Of a stretch of 24,073 nt of DNA, positions 1 through 8,707 are shown piece by piece. This DNA comes from a virus. Lineage: Duplodnaviria > Caudoviricetes. Where the stretch lies: IMG/VR virus record IMGVR_UViG_3300014876_000012, positions 1 through 24,073 of that record. One strand, given 5' to 3'. The position numbers and the translations under genes were made by a program. Numbering within the stretch: position 1 is the stretch's first letter; each line of letters opens with the position of its first letter. The notes under the pieces are model-generated. The model was not told the DNA's origin. It worked only from the letters and a program-made list of their open reading frames with translations, and made no database searches.

Positions 1-1
1 C

Positions 2-220
2 TACGGGCAGAACGAGTATCCGGGGGCCGCGCCGATGGCGCAGACCATCTACTTCCAGGATGCCGAATTGATCCCCGGCACCGACGGGGCGGTGACCCTG
101 GCGAACATCAAGACGGCGGCCGATGCGATGGCGACGACGCTGGCGGGTTCGTCCGGCACGCCCCTGATCGACGCCGAGACCCTGGCGACGATCAACGCTT
201 GGTTCAGCGGGAGCCCGTGA
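2..220 (+). CDS. 5'-truncated phage hypothetical protein, probably virion-associated
   Basis: The frame of ORF 35..220 is open back to base 2 (YGQNEYPGAAPMAQTIYF...). Codon usage is GC3-rich, and the stop overlaps the next start (TGATG at 218-222). Confidence 0.6.
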   Translation, partial: YGQNEYPGAAPMAQTIYFQDAELIPGTDGAVTLANIKTAADAMATTLAGSSGTPLIDAETLATINAWFSGSP

Positions 221-483
221 TGCGGTTCCGCTCCAGGGTTGTGGAGATCGAGGCTTTCCGTCTCGGCGAGGACGATCCTCCGAGGTGGTTCCTCGACGCG
301 GTTGATGCCGGCGACATCCGGCTGTCGCATTCGGCGCCATCAGGGAAGCCGGATCAGGCCGAAATCCGCACCCTGGAGGGGATGATGACCAGTGGCCCCG
401 GCGACTACATCATCAGGGGCCTGAAGGGCGAGATTTACCCCTGCAAGCCTGAAATCTTCGCCATGAAGTATGAGGCGGTCTGA
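220..483 (+). CDS. Conserved small phage protein, PGDYG-like (TLEG...GDYIIRG..GE.YPCKP.IF...YE family)
   Basis: Contains IRTLEGMMTSGPGDYIIRGLKGEIYPCKPEIFAMKYE, a widespread phage signature. The ATG at 220 is coupled to the upstream stop. Confidence 0.85.
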   Translation: MRFRSRVVEIEAFRLGEDDPPRWFLDAVDAGDIRLSHSAPSGKPDQAEIRTLEGMMTSGPGDYIIRGLKGEIYPCKPEIFAMKYEAV

Positions 484-782
484 TGGCAACCGTGAGTGTC
501 GGCACGACAGCCGACGACCAGCTGACCGGGATCGTGTGGCCGGCCTCGACCGCCGACATCGCGACGATGAACAACCTGCTGCTGGATGACCTGACGACCG
601 GGCACCCGGCGGCTCACATCAGCGGTATCGGCGGCATCGAGAACGTCGGCATCCTCTACGTCCCGAACCGGGGGCAGATGACGATCCTGCCGGGCGACGT
701 GGTGGCGATCGACCCCGACACCGGCGGGGTCATCTTGATAACCGCGCTCGCCGCCGCAGGTGACGACTGGGTGGTTGCCTGA
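483..782 (+). CDS. Phage hypothetical protein, possible distant paralogue of 220..483
   Basis: TGATG coupling at both ends and typical codon usage. Contains GQMTILPGDVV. Confidence 0.75.
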   Translation: MATVSVGTTADDQLTGIVWPASTADIATMNNLLLDDLTTGHPAAHISGIGGIENVGILYVPNRGQMTILPGDVVAIDPDTGGVILITALAAAGDDWVVA

Positions 783-1075
783 TGGCGACGGTCACGATCA
801 ACCGCGTTCCGAAGAGCGACCCATCCGGCGGCGAGCAGGTCGATGTCTCGACTGAGAAGCTGCGGGGTCTCCTGCTCATTGATCCTGACAAGTCGGACCC
901 ACACAACCAGCGTCTGATTGTCGGGCTGATAGTGAACGAGCGGCTTTCGATCCGCGTGAAAGCGGGGTGGTGCGAAGGTACTCGCGCATTGGACGGGAGG
1001 GCGATTGCCGCTCTGGCGGCGGCGATCATCGAGAATTATGCCGAGATCCGCGACGTGCTGGCGGAGAAAGACTGA
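782..1075 (+). CDS. Phage hypothetical protein
   Basis: Fills the gap exactly, with TGATG coupling at both ends. Confidence 0.7.
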   Translation: MATVTINRVPKSDPSGGEQVDVSTEKLRGLLLIDPDKSDPHNQRLIVGLIVNERLSIRVKAGWCEGTRALDGRAIAALAAAIIENYAEIRDVLAEKD

Positions 1076-1791
1076 TGCCGAAGAAGGAATGGACGCCCGA
1101 GGAACGGGCGGCGCAGGCCGAGAAGATGCGCGCCGTCCAGGCCGAGCGCCGGGCGAAGTGGGCCACGCCGCCGGCTGAGCAGGATCCCGAACCTCCGCCG
1201 CCGGTCATGCCGATGGTCGAGAGCGGGGCGGAGTACGGCCTCACGGCCCCGGTGCCGGTCGATCCCGCGCCGGCCAACGCCGCGCCGCCCGCCGAGGCGA
1301 CCGCCTTCGACATCTACATGGCCTCGCTCTCCGAGGAGACCCGCGAGCTATTGTCGGTCGAGGAATTGCGCGGCGCTTTCGACGCGGCGGTGAAGCAGGC
1401 CGATGACGAGAGGCGCAAGGAATTGCGGAAGGCGGCGGCGGCCAAGGCGCTGCACCACGCCAAGGCGGCGGCCGGGCTATTGCCGAAGGAGAAGGTCGAG
1501 CAATTGGCATGGCAGGAGCGGATGAACCAGAAGGTTCGCTTCCGGGTCCTGCTGCCGTTCCTCGCCGGGATCAACGACAGCCGCATCGGTGACGAGGGGC
1601 TGCGGATCGACGGCAAGCTCTACCAGCACGGCGTCGAAGCGGAGATGACGATGGGCGAGTACCTGTCGGTCCGCGAGATGATCTGGCGAATGGGGCAGCA
1701 CGAACTCGACTTCAAGGGCGAGGGCCGCCTCAGCAGCCTGCGCCGCATGCTGGAGTCGCGCGGGTTTGACGAGCATGGAGTGCGTCAGTGA
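1075..1791 (+). CDS. Phage hypothetical protein (Pro-rich linker, helical middle, small C-terminal beta domain)
   Basis: ATG at 1075 with GGAG upstream, coupled to the previous stop (MPKKEWTPEE...). Strong GC3 bias. Confidence 0.8.
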   Translation: MPKKEWTPEERAAQAEKMRAVQAERRAKWATPPAEQDPEPPPPVMPMVESGAEYGLTAPVPVDPAPANAAPPAEATAFDIYMASLSEETRELLSVEELRGAFDAAVKQADDERRKELRKAAAAKALHHAKAAAGLLPKEKVEQLAWQERMNQKVRFRVLLPFLAGINDSRIGDEGLRIDGKLYQHGVEAEMTMGEYLSVREMIWRMGQHELDFKGEGRLSSLRRMLESRGFDEHGVRQ

Positions 1792-2252
1792 GCGAGATGC
1801 GGGTCACCTACCAGATCCAGATTGCCGAGGGGCAGACGCTTGCCTACGAGATCGGGGCTGACACCAACGACGGCCCCGAGGAATTGCGGAAGGTGCTCGA
1901 TCTGGTCGGCGATGCGGCGGAGCGCCGGAAGGCGATGCACGACCTGCCGTTCCACAAGGCGCGCCTCCTGTCGAACCGGGAACGAATCGGCAATCTGCGC
2001 AAGGATCGCGCGAAGGCCGAGGCGAACCTCAACGCCCACGTCTCGCAGATCAGCGCCGGCCGCCGCAAGGAGGCCGTCCCGCTCCAGACCGATGTCAACG
2101 CGGTGGCGCAGTGGGACAAGCAGATCGCCGATGCCGAGGCGCTGATCAAGGCCGACGAATTGCGCATCCCGTACATGGAGGCAATCATCGCCGGCCGGGA
2201 GCCGCCCGAGCTGTTCCCCGAGACGCGCGAGTTCCTCGCCGCGGCGGAATAG
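1788..2252 (+). CDS. Phage hypothetical coiled-coil protein
   Basis: GTGA overlap, GGAG RBS, helical charged sequence. Confidence 0.8.
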   Translation: MSEMRVTYQIQIAEGQTLAYEIGADTNDGPEELRKVLDLVGDAAERRKAMHDLPFHKARLLSNRERIGNLRKDRAKAEANLNAHVSQISAGRRKEAVPLQTDVNAVAQWDKQIADAEALIKADELRIPYMEAIIAGREPPELFPETREFLAAAE

Positions 2253-2255
2253 CCG

Positions 2256-3293
2256 ATGCTGACCGCCTTCCAGCAAATCGAGGAGGCGGTCTATCGCGCC
2301 AAGGTGCCGGGCTACACGACGACCTTCGCGATCCGCAACCTGAACGCGATCCTCTCCGACCTCTGCCAGCACCATGATTTTGCGCTGGCCCGCGGCGTCT
2401 ACAATTTCAATTTCAACCCGGCGCTGGCGACGATGTACGGCAGCGGCCCTTACTCGTTGCCGCTCGACTACCTGCGCACCTCCGGCTCGTCCGGGGCGAC
2501 CGGGGCGTCGCGCTCCGCGTGGTATCTCTACCCGACGCCGGCTTTCCCGTCGGGGCAGCCGATCTACATGACGCCGATCGACCTCGCTGAGTTTGACCAG
2601 TTCCCGCAGTTCCCGTCGCAATCCACCCCGTCGCTGTGGGCGACCGACATGGGCGGCCCGCTGACGCAGCGCATCATCCTCTCGGCTGTCGGCGACATCA
2701 CCGGCACCGACGGCACGGTCTCGAACATCATCAATGCGGACGGCTCTACCGTGAGCCTGGCGGGTCTGACGGTCGGCCTGTCGGCGGCGGGCGAGGGGAT
2801 CGAGCCGGGCTCGACGATCCTGGCGATCGACACCACGACGAACCAGATCACGCTCTCGCTCGACACCTCGAAAAGCCTCGACGGAGCCAGCGTCTTCTTC
2901 GGCATCGCGCCGGTGGCCTATGTCTACCCGCCGCCGCTCGGCTCCTATCCGGCGACGGTGCGGTACCAGCGGCAGATGCCGCCCATCGTCAACCCGCAGA
3001 CGGTGCCGTGGTTTCCCGACGAGGGGTATCTGATTACCGAACTCGCCTCGCGCCTGTGCGAGATCAGCGACGACCAGCGCGCCCTCTCATTGCACGGATT
3101 GGCCGACATGCGGATACGCAAGTATTTGCAGAAAGCCGACGACAAAACGAACCGCAGCCAGCAGATTCAACTCGACCAGCGTAATTTCGGCGGCGGGACG
3201 GCCTACGACCGGGCGCGCAATACGAAGCATCAGGGTTGGCTGGTATTGCTGACAATGGCGTTGGGTGGTATTTTGGGGCTCCCGATATGCTGA
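2256..3293 (+). CDS. Putative head-to-tail adaptor (podovirus tail tubular A-like) with an inserted beta-barrel
   Basis: N-terminal helices (...RNLNAILSDLC), the YSLPLDYLR motif and the VYPPP...TVRYQRQ...PWFPDEGYL pattern are typical of podoviral adaptors. It lies upstream of the tail genes. Confidence 0.65.
   Translation: MLTAFQQIEEAVYRAKVPGYTTTFAIRNLNAILSDLCQHHDFALARGVYNFNFNPALATMYGSGPYSLPLDYLRTSGSSGATGASRSAWYLYPTPAFPSGQPIYMTPIDLAEFDQFPQFPSQSTPSLWATDMGGPLTQRIILSAVGDITGTDGTVSNIINADGSTVSLAGLTVGLSAAGEGIEPGSTILAIDTTTNQITLSLDTSKSLDGASVFFGIAPVAYVYPPPLGSYPATVRYQRQMPPIVNPQTVPWFPDEGYLITELASRLCEISDDQRALSLHGLADMRIRKYLQKADDKTNRSQQIQLDQRNFGGGTAYDRARNTKHQGWLVLLTMALGGILGLPIC
3246..3274 (+). promoter_or_regulatory. 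Candidate sigma70-type promoter for the HNH gene
   Basis: TTGCTG (3246-3251), 17 nt spacer, TATTTT (3269-3274) with an extended -10 TG. The GAGGGAG RBS and ATG 3306 follow. Confidence 0.35.
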
Positions 3294-3305
3294 GGGAGCG
3301 GCGGC

Positions 3306-3923
3306 ATGCCGAGCAGCAAAGACCCCGTTATCAATCGCCAGAAAGCCAAGGAGTATCGGCTGGCTCATCCAGACTGGCATCGCAAGGCCAATCGGGAGTG
3401 GGTCGCAAAGAAGCGGCAGGACCCGGCTTTCGTTGCAAAGCAACGAGAGGCTGCCCGCCTTCAGCGCCGCAAGTGGACGCCGGAAATGAAGGCGGAGAGG
3501 GCCGCATACCAGAAAGAGTGGTTCGCGCGCCACGAGGACTACAATCAGCGGAAGCAGGCCGAGAAGTACGCAAGCTACCCTGTCAGGGCGATGGTATACG
3601 CCGCTAAGACGCGTGCCGCGAGGCTCGGAGTTCCGTTCGATTTGGATTGGAGGTTGATCGAATTTCCAGAAGTTTGTCCCGTTCTTGGCGTGCCTATTAG
3701 GCAGACGAAGGGAAAGGGGTCGGGTCGGGAGTCTCCGTCTCTGGATCGCCTAATCCCGGCCCTCGGTTACGTGCAGTCCAATGTTCGGGTGATCTCGGCT
3801 GAGGCCAATATCATCAAGCACAATAAGACGCTCGATGAGATGCGTGCCTACGCTGCGAGGCTTCGCCGCCAGCTTGAGGGGGCCGATGCAGTTGTCGCCT
3901 ACCTCGAACGCGAACTGGCATGA
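3306..3923 (+). CDS. Free-standing HNH/His-Me finger endonuclease, homing endonuclease-like
   Basis: CPVLGVPI...SPSLDRLIPALGYVQSNVRVISAEANIIK matches the phage SLDR..P..GY...NV..IS..AN..K endonuclease signature. The N-terminus is basic and helical, and GC is lower than in the flanks. Confidence 0.85.
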   Translation: MPSSKDPVINRQKAKEYRLAHPDWHRKANREWVAKKRQDPAFVAKQREAARLQRRKWTPEMKAERAAYQKEWFARHEDYNQRKQAEKYASYPVRAMVYAAKTRAARLGVPFDLDWRLIEFPEVCPVLGVPIRQTKGKGSGRESPSLDRLIPALGYVQSNVRVISAEANIIKHNKTLDEMRAYAARLRRQLEGADAVVAYLERELA

Positions 3924-6277
3924 CGACCGTCGACGTTACGGTCACCACTCCGGTCGGCCCGGGCATTTTCACCGGGAGCGGCACCGCCGACCTGACGGCG
4001 GATGCGCTGTCGGAGATCCTTATCGCCGGCACCGGCGTCACGCTCACTGTCGCCGCCGACACGATTACCATCGCAAGCACGGTCGCCGGGGGCATCACCC
4101 AGTTGACCGGCGATGTGACCGCCGGCCCGGGGGCTGGTAGCGTCGCCGCCACCCTCGCGAACACTGCGGTCGCGGCTGGCTCCTACACCTACGCCAACCT
4201 GACGGTCGACGCCAAGGGAAGGCTGACCGCCGCATCGAACGGCGCGGCCCCGGCGAGCGCGGCCAACCCTACGGCCCAGGTCGGCCCCGCCGCAATCAAT
4301 GGCGCCGCCGCGACGTACATGCGTTCGGACGCGGCGCCGAAGTTGGCGGACACCGTGGTCACTCCAGGCGCATACACTTACGCCAGCTTGACCGTCGATC
4401 AGCAGGGGCGCCTGACCTCGGCGGCTAACGGCACCGCGCCGCAGACGCCTGGCGGGGCGTCGCTCTCGATCCAGTACAACAATGCCGGGACGTTCGGCGG
4501 GCTCGCCCTGACCAACGGCCAGCTTCTGATCGGCTCGACGGGGCTGGTGCCGGTCGCGGCGACACTCACGCAGCCGGCCGCCGGCATCACGATCACCGGC
4601 GGTGCCGGGACGGTCACCTTCGCCCTGGGCAACGACCTCGCCGCCCTGGAAGCCATGTCGGGAACGGGTCTGGTGACCCGAACCGCCTCCGAGACGTATG
4701 CCCAGCGCACGATTACCGGCACCGCCAACCGCGTCACCCTGACGGACGGTAACGGGGTGGCCGGCAATCCGACGATCGACATCAGCGCGTCTTACGTCGG
4801 CCAAACCACGATCACGACGTTGGGCACGATCGCGACCGGCGTGTGGCGGGGCACCCTCGTCGGGGTACAGTTCGGCGGCACCGGCGCCAACCTCTCGGCG
4901 ACCGGCGGGGCCAACCAGGTCGTGCAGCAGGCGAGCGCGGGGGCTGCCTTTACCGTGGGGCAGCTGACCTACGCCAATATCGGCGGTGGCTCGACCGCCG
5001 CCACCGCGACCGGCCTGACGATCTCGGGCGGCACGCTGTCGGGGACGACGACGCTGACCGGCATGACCACCGGCTCCATCCTGTTTGCCGGGGCGTCTAG
5101 TGTATTGTCGCAAGATAATTCAAACTTGTTTTGGGACGATACTAACAATCTTCTAGGGATTGGTACGGCGGCACCGACTTCGCGGTTGCATATAGCCGGT
5201 ACGTATACCACCAGTAACACTGGTATGGCAAACATTGTCGGGACGCTGGCTTCCTCCGGCACGAGCATACAACGTGGTGCTTATTTCAGTCCGACCTTCC
5301 AGCCCTCTGGCGCTACTTTAGGTAATATATTTGGCATTGACAGTCAGCCGAATGTTGGTGCCTCGACCCCGGCTACTATCTCTGTATTGGTTGGTGTAAA
5401 AGGTACCATTTCTTTAGCGGCGGCTTTTGGGGGGACTGTTACCGGCGGCTATCAGTTTTATGCTTCTGATCCTGTTGTTAGTGGTGGATCACTCACCAGC
5501 GTATCGCAGTATATTGCTGTTACATTGACTACCAATAATGGTTTAGCTGCCAGCACATCGAATTTGCGACAGGTACAGTTACAGGGTATTACTTCCGGGG
5601 CTGCTGGCGGGACTATTAATGCAAGAACATTAGAAGTAACTGTTCCGTCCGGTGGAGCCTCTTCTGGTACGGCTAACAACCGCGGCATTTATATCACTGG
5701 CAACGGCGGTACGGCTGCCGGTGGCACGGTCACCAACTTTGCGCTGATTAGCGACAGCACCGCGCCCTTCCAGATCGGGGGGGTGTTTCAGTTTCTCGGG
5801 GCGACTTCCGCGTTTCCGGCACTGAAGCGCAACGCGACGGTGCTGGAGCACCGGCTCGCCGACGACACCGCCTACGGCCCGGTGGCGGCTTCCGAGGTGC
5901 GGCATTACGGCGGTGAGAACGGCCAGTTCCTCAACGTCAAATCGCTGACCGAGTTGACCACGATCGCCGCTGCGGCCACGACGACGACGACGATCCAGAT
6001 CCCGGCCGACGCTCAGGTGATTGGCGTCTCGGTGCGCGTCACCGTCGCGATCCCGACCGCCGCCACATTCACCTACGGCGTCAGCGGCACAGCCGCGCGG
6101 TACGGCACCGGCATCTCGACCGCGGCGAACACGACAGCCAAGGGCATGATCGACGGTGTTCGCTATTATGCCGCCGCAGTCGGCATCCTGATTACGCCAA
6201 ATGCCACGCCGGCCAACAATAACGGCCGGGTCCGTGTCACGATCCACTATTTTGAAATGACCGCCCCGACCAGCTGA
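3920..6277 (+). CDS. Long tail fibre / virion fibre protein (785 aa)
   Basis: G/T/A/S-rich, with two G.YTYA.LTVD..GRLT.A.NG fibre repeats and the modules LGTIATGVW.G and LFWDDTNNLLGIGT..P. No Cys and no signal peptide. Confidence 0.8.
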   Translation: MTTVDVTVTTPVGPGIFTGSGTADLTADALSEILIAGTGVTLTVAADTITIASTVAGGITQLTGDVTAGPGAGSVAATLANTAVAAGSYTYANLTVDAKGRLTAASNGAAPASAANPTAQVGPAAINGAAATYMRSDAAPKLADTVVTPGAYTYASLTVDQQGRLTSAANGTAPQTPGGASLSIQYNNAGTFGGLALTNGQLLIGSTGLVPVAATLTQPAAGITITGGAGTVTFALGNDLAALEAMSGTGLVTRTASETYAQRTITGTANRVTLTDGNGVAGNPTIDISASYVGQTTITTLGTIATGVWRGTLVGVQFGGTGANLSATGGANQVVQQASAGAAFTVGQLTYANIGGGSTAATATGLTISGGTLSGTTTLTGMTTGSILFAGASSVLSQDNSNLFWDDTNNLLGIGTAAPTSRLHIAGTYTTSNTGMANIVGTLASSGTSIQRGAYFSPTFQPSGATLGNIFGIDSQPNVGASTPATISVLVGVKGTISLAAAFGGTVTGGYQFYASDPVVSGGSLTSVSQYIAVTLTTNNGLAASTSNLRQVQLQGITSGAAGGTINARTLEVTVPSGGASSGTANNRGIYITGNGGTAAGGTVTNFALISDSTAPFQIGGVFQFLGATSAFPALKRNATVLEHRLADDTAYGPVAASEVRHYGGENGQFLNVKSLTELTTIAAAATTTTTIQIPADAQVIGVSVRVTVAIPTAATFTYGVSGTAARYGTGISTAANTTAKGMIDGVRYYAAAVGILITPNATPANNNGRVRVTIHYFEMTAPTS
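4178..4432 (+). repeat. Two 66-bp tail-fibre repeat units (4178-4243 and 4367-4432)
   Basis: GSYTYANLTVDAKGRLTAASNG versus GAYTYASLTVDQQGRLTSAANG. Confidence 0.85.
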
Positions 6278-8706
6278 TGGCAACCTCCCTTAGAAACGGA
6301 GTTCCCCTTAGCTTCGTAGCCAGAACCCTCAGCGACGCCACGGACGCGACCAACGCAGGGCGCGGCGCGATGCGGGCGCTGGCGAACCTGGTGCCCGATC
6401 CGACGACGCGCGGCAACTGGGTCTGCCGCCCGGGGCAGGTCGACACGATAGAGTTCTCCAGCCTCAACGCCGCGACCTTCGTAACCGCCATGCTGCCGAT
6501 CGGGAATATCGTCTACGGCATGGTGTCCAGCGGCCTCTTTGCCGGCAAGGACCAGCCATTCGCCTACGATCTGGATGCCGGCGCCTTCCTGACCGTCGCG
6601 GGCATCGAGGACGCTAATCTCCCGGTATCGCCCCCCGCTACGGGGCACTGGACGCCGCCGATCATGGCGCAGGTCGGCAGCCGTATCCTGGTGACGCACA
6701 CCGGGTTCCCCGGCTCGACCACCGGCGAGCCGTCGGATTACGGCATCAAGTTCGGCTGGTTCGACATTTCCGATTTCAACGGGATCATCGAGATCGACTA
6801 CGAAGACGGCCAGCCTTTCCTGTTTGGCGGACCCGACATCACCTTTGGCGTGCAACCCGGCATGGCGGTGACCGGCGCGGCCGACATACCGGCGGGGACC
6901 GTCGTCAAGAACATCTATCCGGTGACGCAGAGCGCCCGCTACATCACCGGCGACAGCCACTCGACCGACATCATCGACGGCATCGGCGGGGCCGATATGG
7001 TCGAGATGTTCCCCGGCAAGGCGATCGCCGGCCCCGGGATACAGCCCGGCACCACGATCCTGGCGGTGCCGACCGGCGCCTCGATCCAGCTGACCCAGCC
7101 GGCCACGACCACGGCAGCAGCGGCGACCTTCCTCGTCTGGGGCAATATCCCGAATTACTACCCCTACCTCAACCGGGGCGACTTCACGGCCGGCTCGGCC
7201 ACCGTGACCGTCCCGACCCCTCTGCAAATCCACCGGGGCGCGCTGCTGACCGGCTCGGCGATCCTGCCGAACACCTACGTTTCCAGCATCTCGGGCACGA
7301 CGATGGTGATGTCGCAGCCGGCGACCACCACTGTTGCGGCAGCCTCCCCGGGCGCGTCCTTCTCCAGCATCGGCTCGGTTATCGAGATGAGTGCGAGCGC
7401 CACCGCCACCGGCACCGGCCCGCTGGCGATCGTGGGCGGCTCTCGATCTGCGCCGCTGTGGGGGGCGGGAGATACCGCGATCAACCATCTGCCGGAAATC
7501 CCCGTCGGCGTGGCGCAGATGAACGGGCGGGCGTGGTTCGCGTCGCCCGATGGCGGCATCCCCTGGTCGGACAGCCTCCTGCCGTGCGTCCGCACCAACG
7601 CGACGCAGGCGCTGATGGCGGATGACCGTCGGCCGATCACGGCGATCGCTCCCCTGATGCTCACGGCTCCCATCGTCGGCGGCATTGTGCAGGCGCTTAT
7701 CGCCTTTCAGGGCGTCTCTGCGATGCACCAGATTTCCGGCGACCCGACGACGAACAACCTGACCTTCAACATCCTGCCGGTGACGACCGGCACGCTGGCG
7801 CCGAACACGATCACCCCCTCGACGTTGGGGACGTTCTTCGTGTCGCCCGAGGGTCTGCGGCTCATCGACTTTAAGGCCGGGGTTTCGGACCCGATCGGCC
7901 AGGACGGCGAGGGGGTGATCTCCCCCTTCCTCTCCGTGGTCGCGCCGCCGATCCCCTTTTCCACATTGGCGCAAGCCTCGCGCATGGCTGCGGCGGCTGG
8001 CGGCCGCACCCTGCGGATCGACGCGCCGGACGCCGACGGTACGGTCTTTTCCTACTGGTTCGATCTTACCCGCAAAATCTGGACCGGCCCGCATACCGGC
8101 GGCGCCAGCCTGGTCGAGGTCTGGAACGACACGTTTCTGGTCTCATCGTCGACGCGCCTCGTGGTGCAGCGGGCCGACGACATCCCGCGCGTCTACTCGG
8201 TCTACGAGGAAAACGGCCAGCAGCTGATCTACGAGTGGGAGACCTCGCTCTTGCCGGACAGCGGCGAGATGAGCGAGAACACGATCATCGAATCGGCGAT
8301 CATGGTGGCGCTCCAGCCCGACGAGTTGACGCAGATCGACTTCCTCGACGAGATCCGCGGCCCCCTCGACGGCGTGACCCTTCGCGGCCTCGACGTGCCG
8401 GAAGCGCTGTGGGGCACCGCGATCTTCGGCGTCACCCTGACCGGCCCCGACCCCGGCACGATCCGGCAGCGGCAGATCCCGTGGACCCTGCCGCTCGTCT
8501 TCAAGCAGGGCCGCGTCAATATCCGGGGCCTCTCGAGCGCGACCGTGACGCTGGGCAATTTCTACATGCGCTATCAGGTGCTGGGCTACCTGCTCCAGGT
8601 GCCGCAAATCCCGGTCGCGCCATCGGATGAGGAGTTCTTTCTGCTGGCGAACGATGGGGTTACCATCCTGCGCTCGAACGGCAACGTGAACCTGAGGCCG
8701 CATTAG
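6277..8706 (+). CDS. Putative tail nozzle / DNA stabilisation protein (P22 gp10 / T7 gp12-like) with inserted barrel repeats
   Basis: 809 aa and beta-rich. The N-terminal L.NLVP.P......RPG motif and propeller-like segments (GT.AP.TI..S.LGTFFVSPEGL, YWFDLTRKIWTG) fit, as does the position after the adaptor. Confidence 0.7.
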   Translation: MATSLRNGVPLSFVARTLSDATDATNAGRGAMRALANLVPDPTTRGNWVCRPGQVDTIEFSSLNAATFVTAMLPIGNIVYGMVSSGLFAGKDQPFAYDLDAGAFLTVAGIEDANLPVSPPATGHWTPPIMAQVGSRILVTHTGFPGSTTGEPSDYGIKFGWFDISDFNGIIEIDYEDGQPFLFGGPDITFGVQPGMAVTGAADIPAGTVVKNIYPVTQSARYITGDSHSTDIIDGIGGADMVEMFPGKAIAGPGIQPGTTILAVPTGASIQLTQPATTTAAAATFLVWGNIPNYYPYLNRGDFTAGSATVTVPTPLQIHRGALLTGSAILPNTYVSSISGTTMVMSQPATTTVAAASPGASFSSIGSVIEMSASATATGTGPLAIVGGSRSAPLWGAGDTAINHLPEIPVGVAQMNGRAWFASPDGGIPWSDSLLPCVRTNATQALMADDRRPITAIAPLMLTAPIVGGIVQALIAFQGVSAMHQISGDPTTNNLTFNILPVTTGTLAPNTITPSTLGTFFVSPEGLRLIDFKAGVSDPIGQDGEGVISPFLSVVAPPIPFSTLAQASRMAAAAGGRTLRIDAPDADGTVFSYWFDLTRKIWTGPHTGGASLVEVWNDTFLVSSSTRLVVQRADDIPRVYSVYEENGQQLIYEWETSLLPDSGEMSENTIIESAIMVALQPDELTQIDFLDEIRGPLDGVTLRGLDVPEALWGTAIFGVTLTGPDPGTIRQRQIPWTLPLVFKQGRVNIRGLSSATVTLGNFYMRYQVLGYLLQVPQIPVAPSDEEFFLLANDGVTILRSNGNVNLRPH

Positions 8707-8707
8707 A

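Noticed and set aside
3230-3923. Group I intron housing the HNH gene
   Set aside because: The flanking genes look complete, the HNH gene is coupled to the next gene, and there is no room for a ribozyme core.
6247-8094. 615-aa minus-strand ORF
   Set aside because: Antisense shadow of the GC3-biased nozzle gene. It is R/G/D-rich with no motifs.
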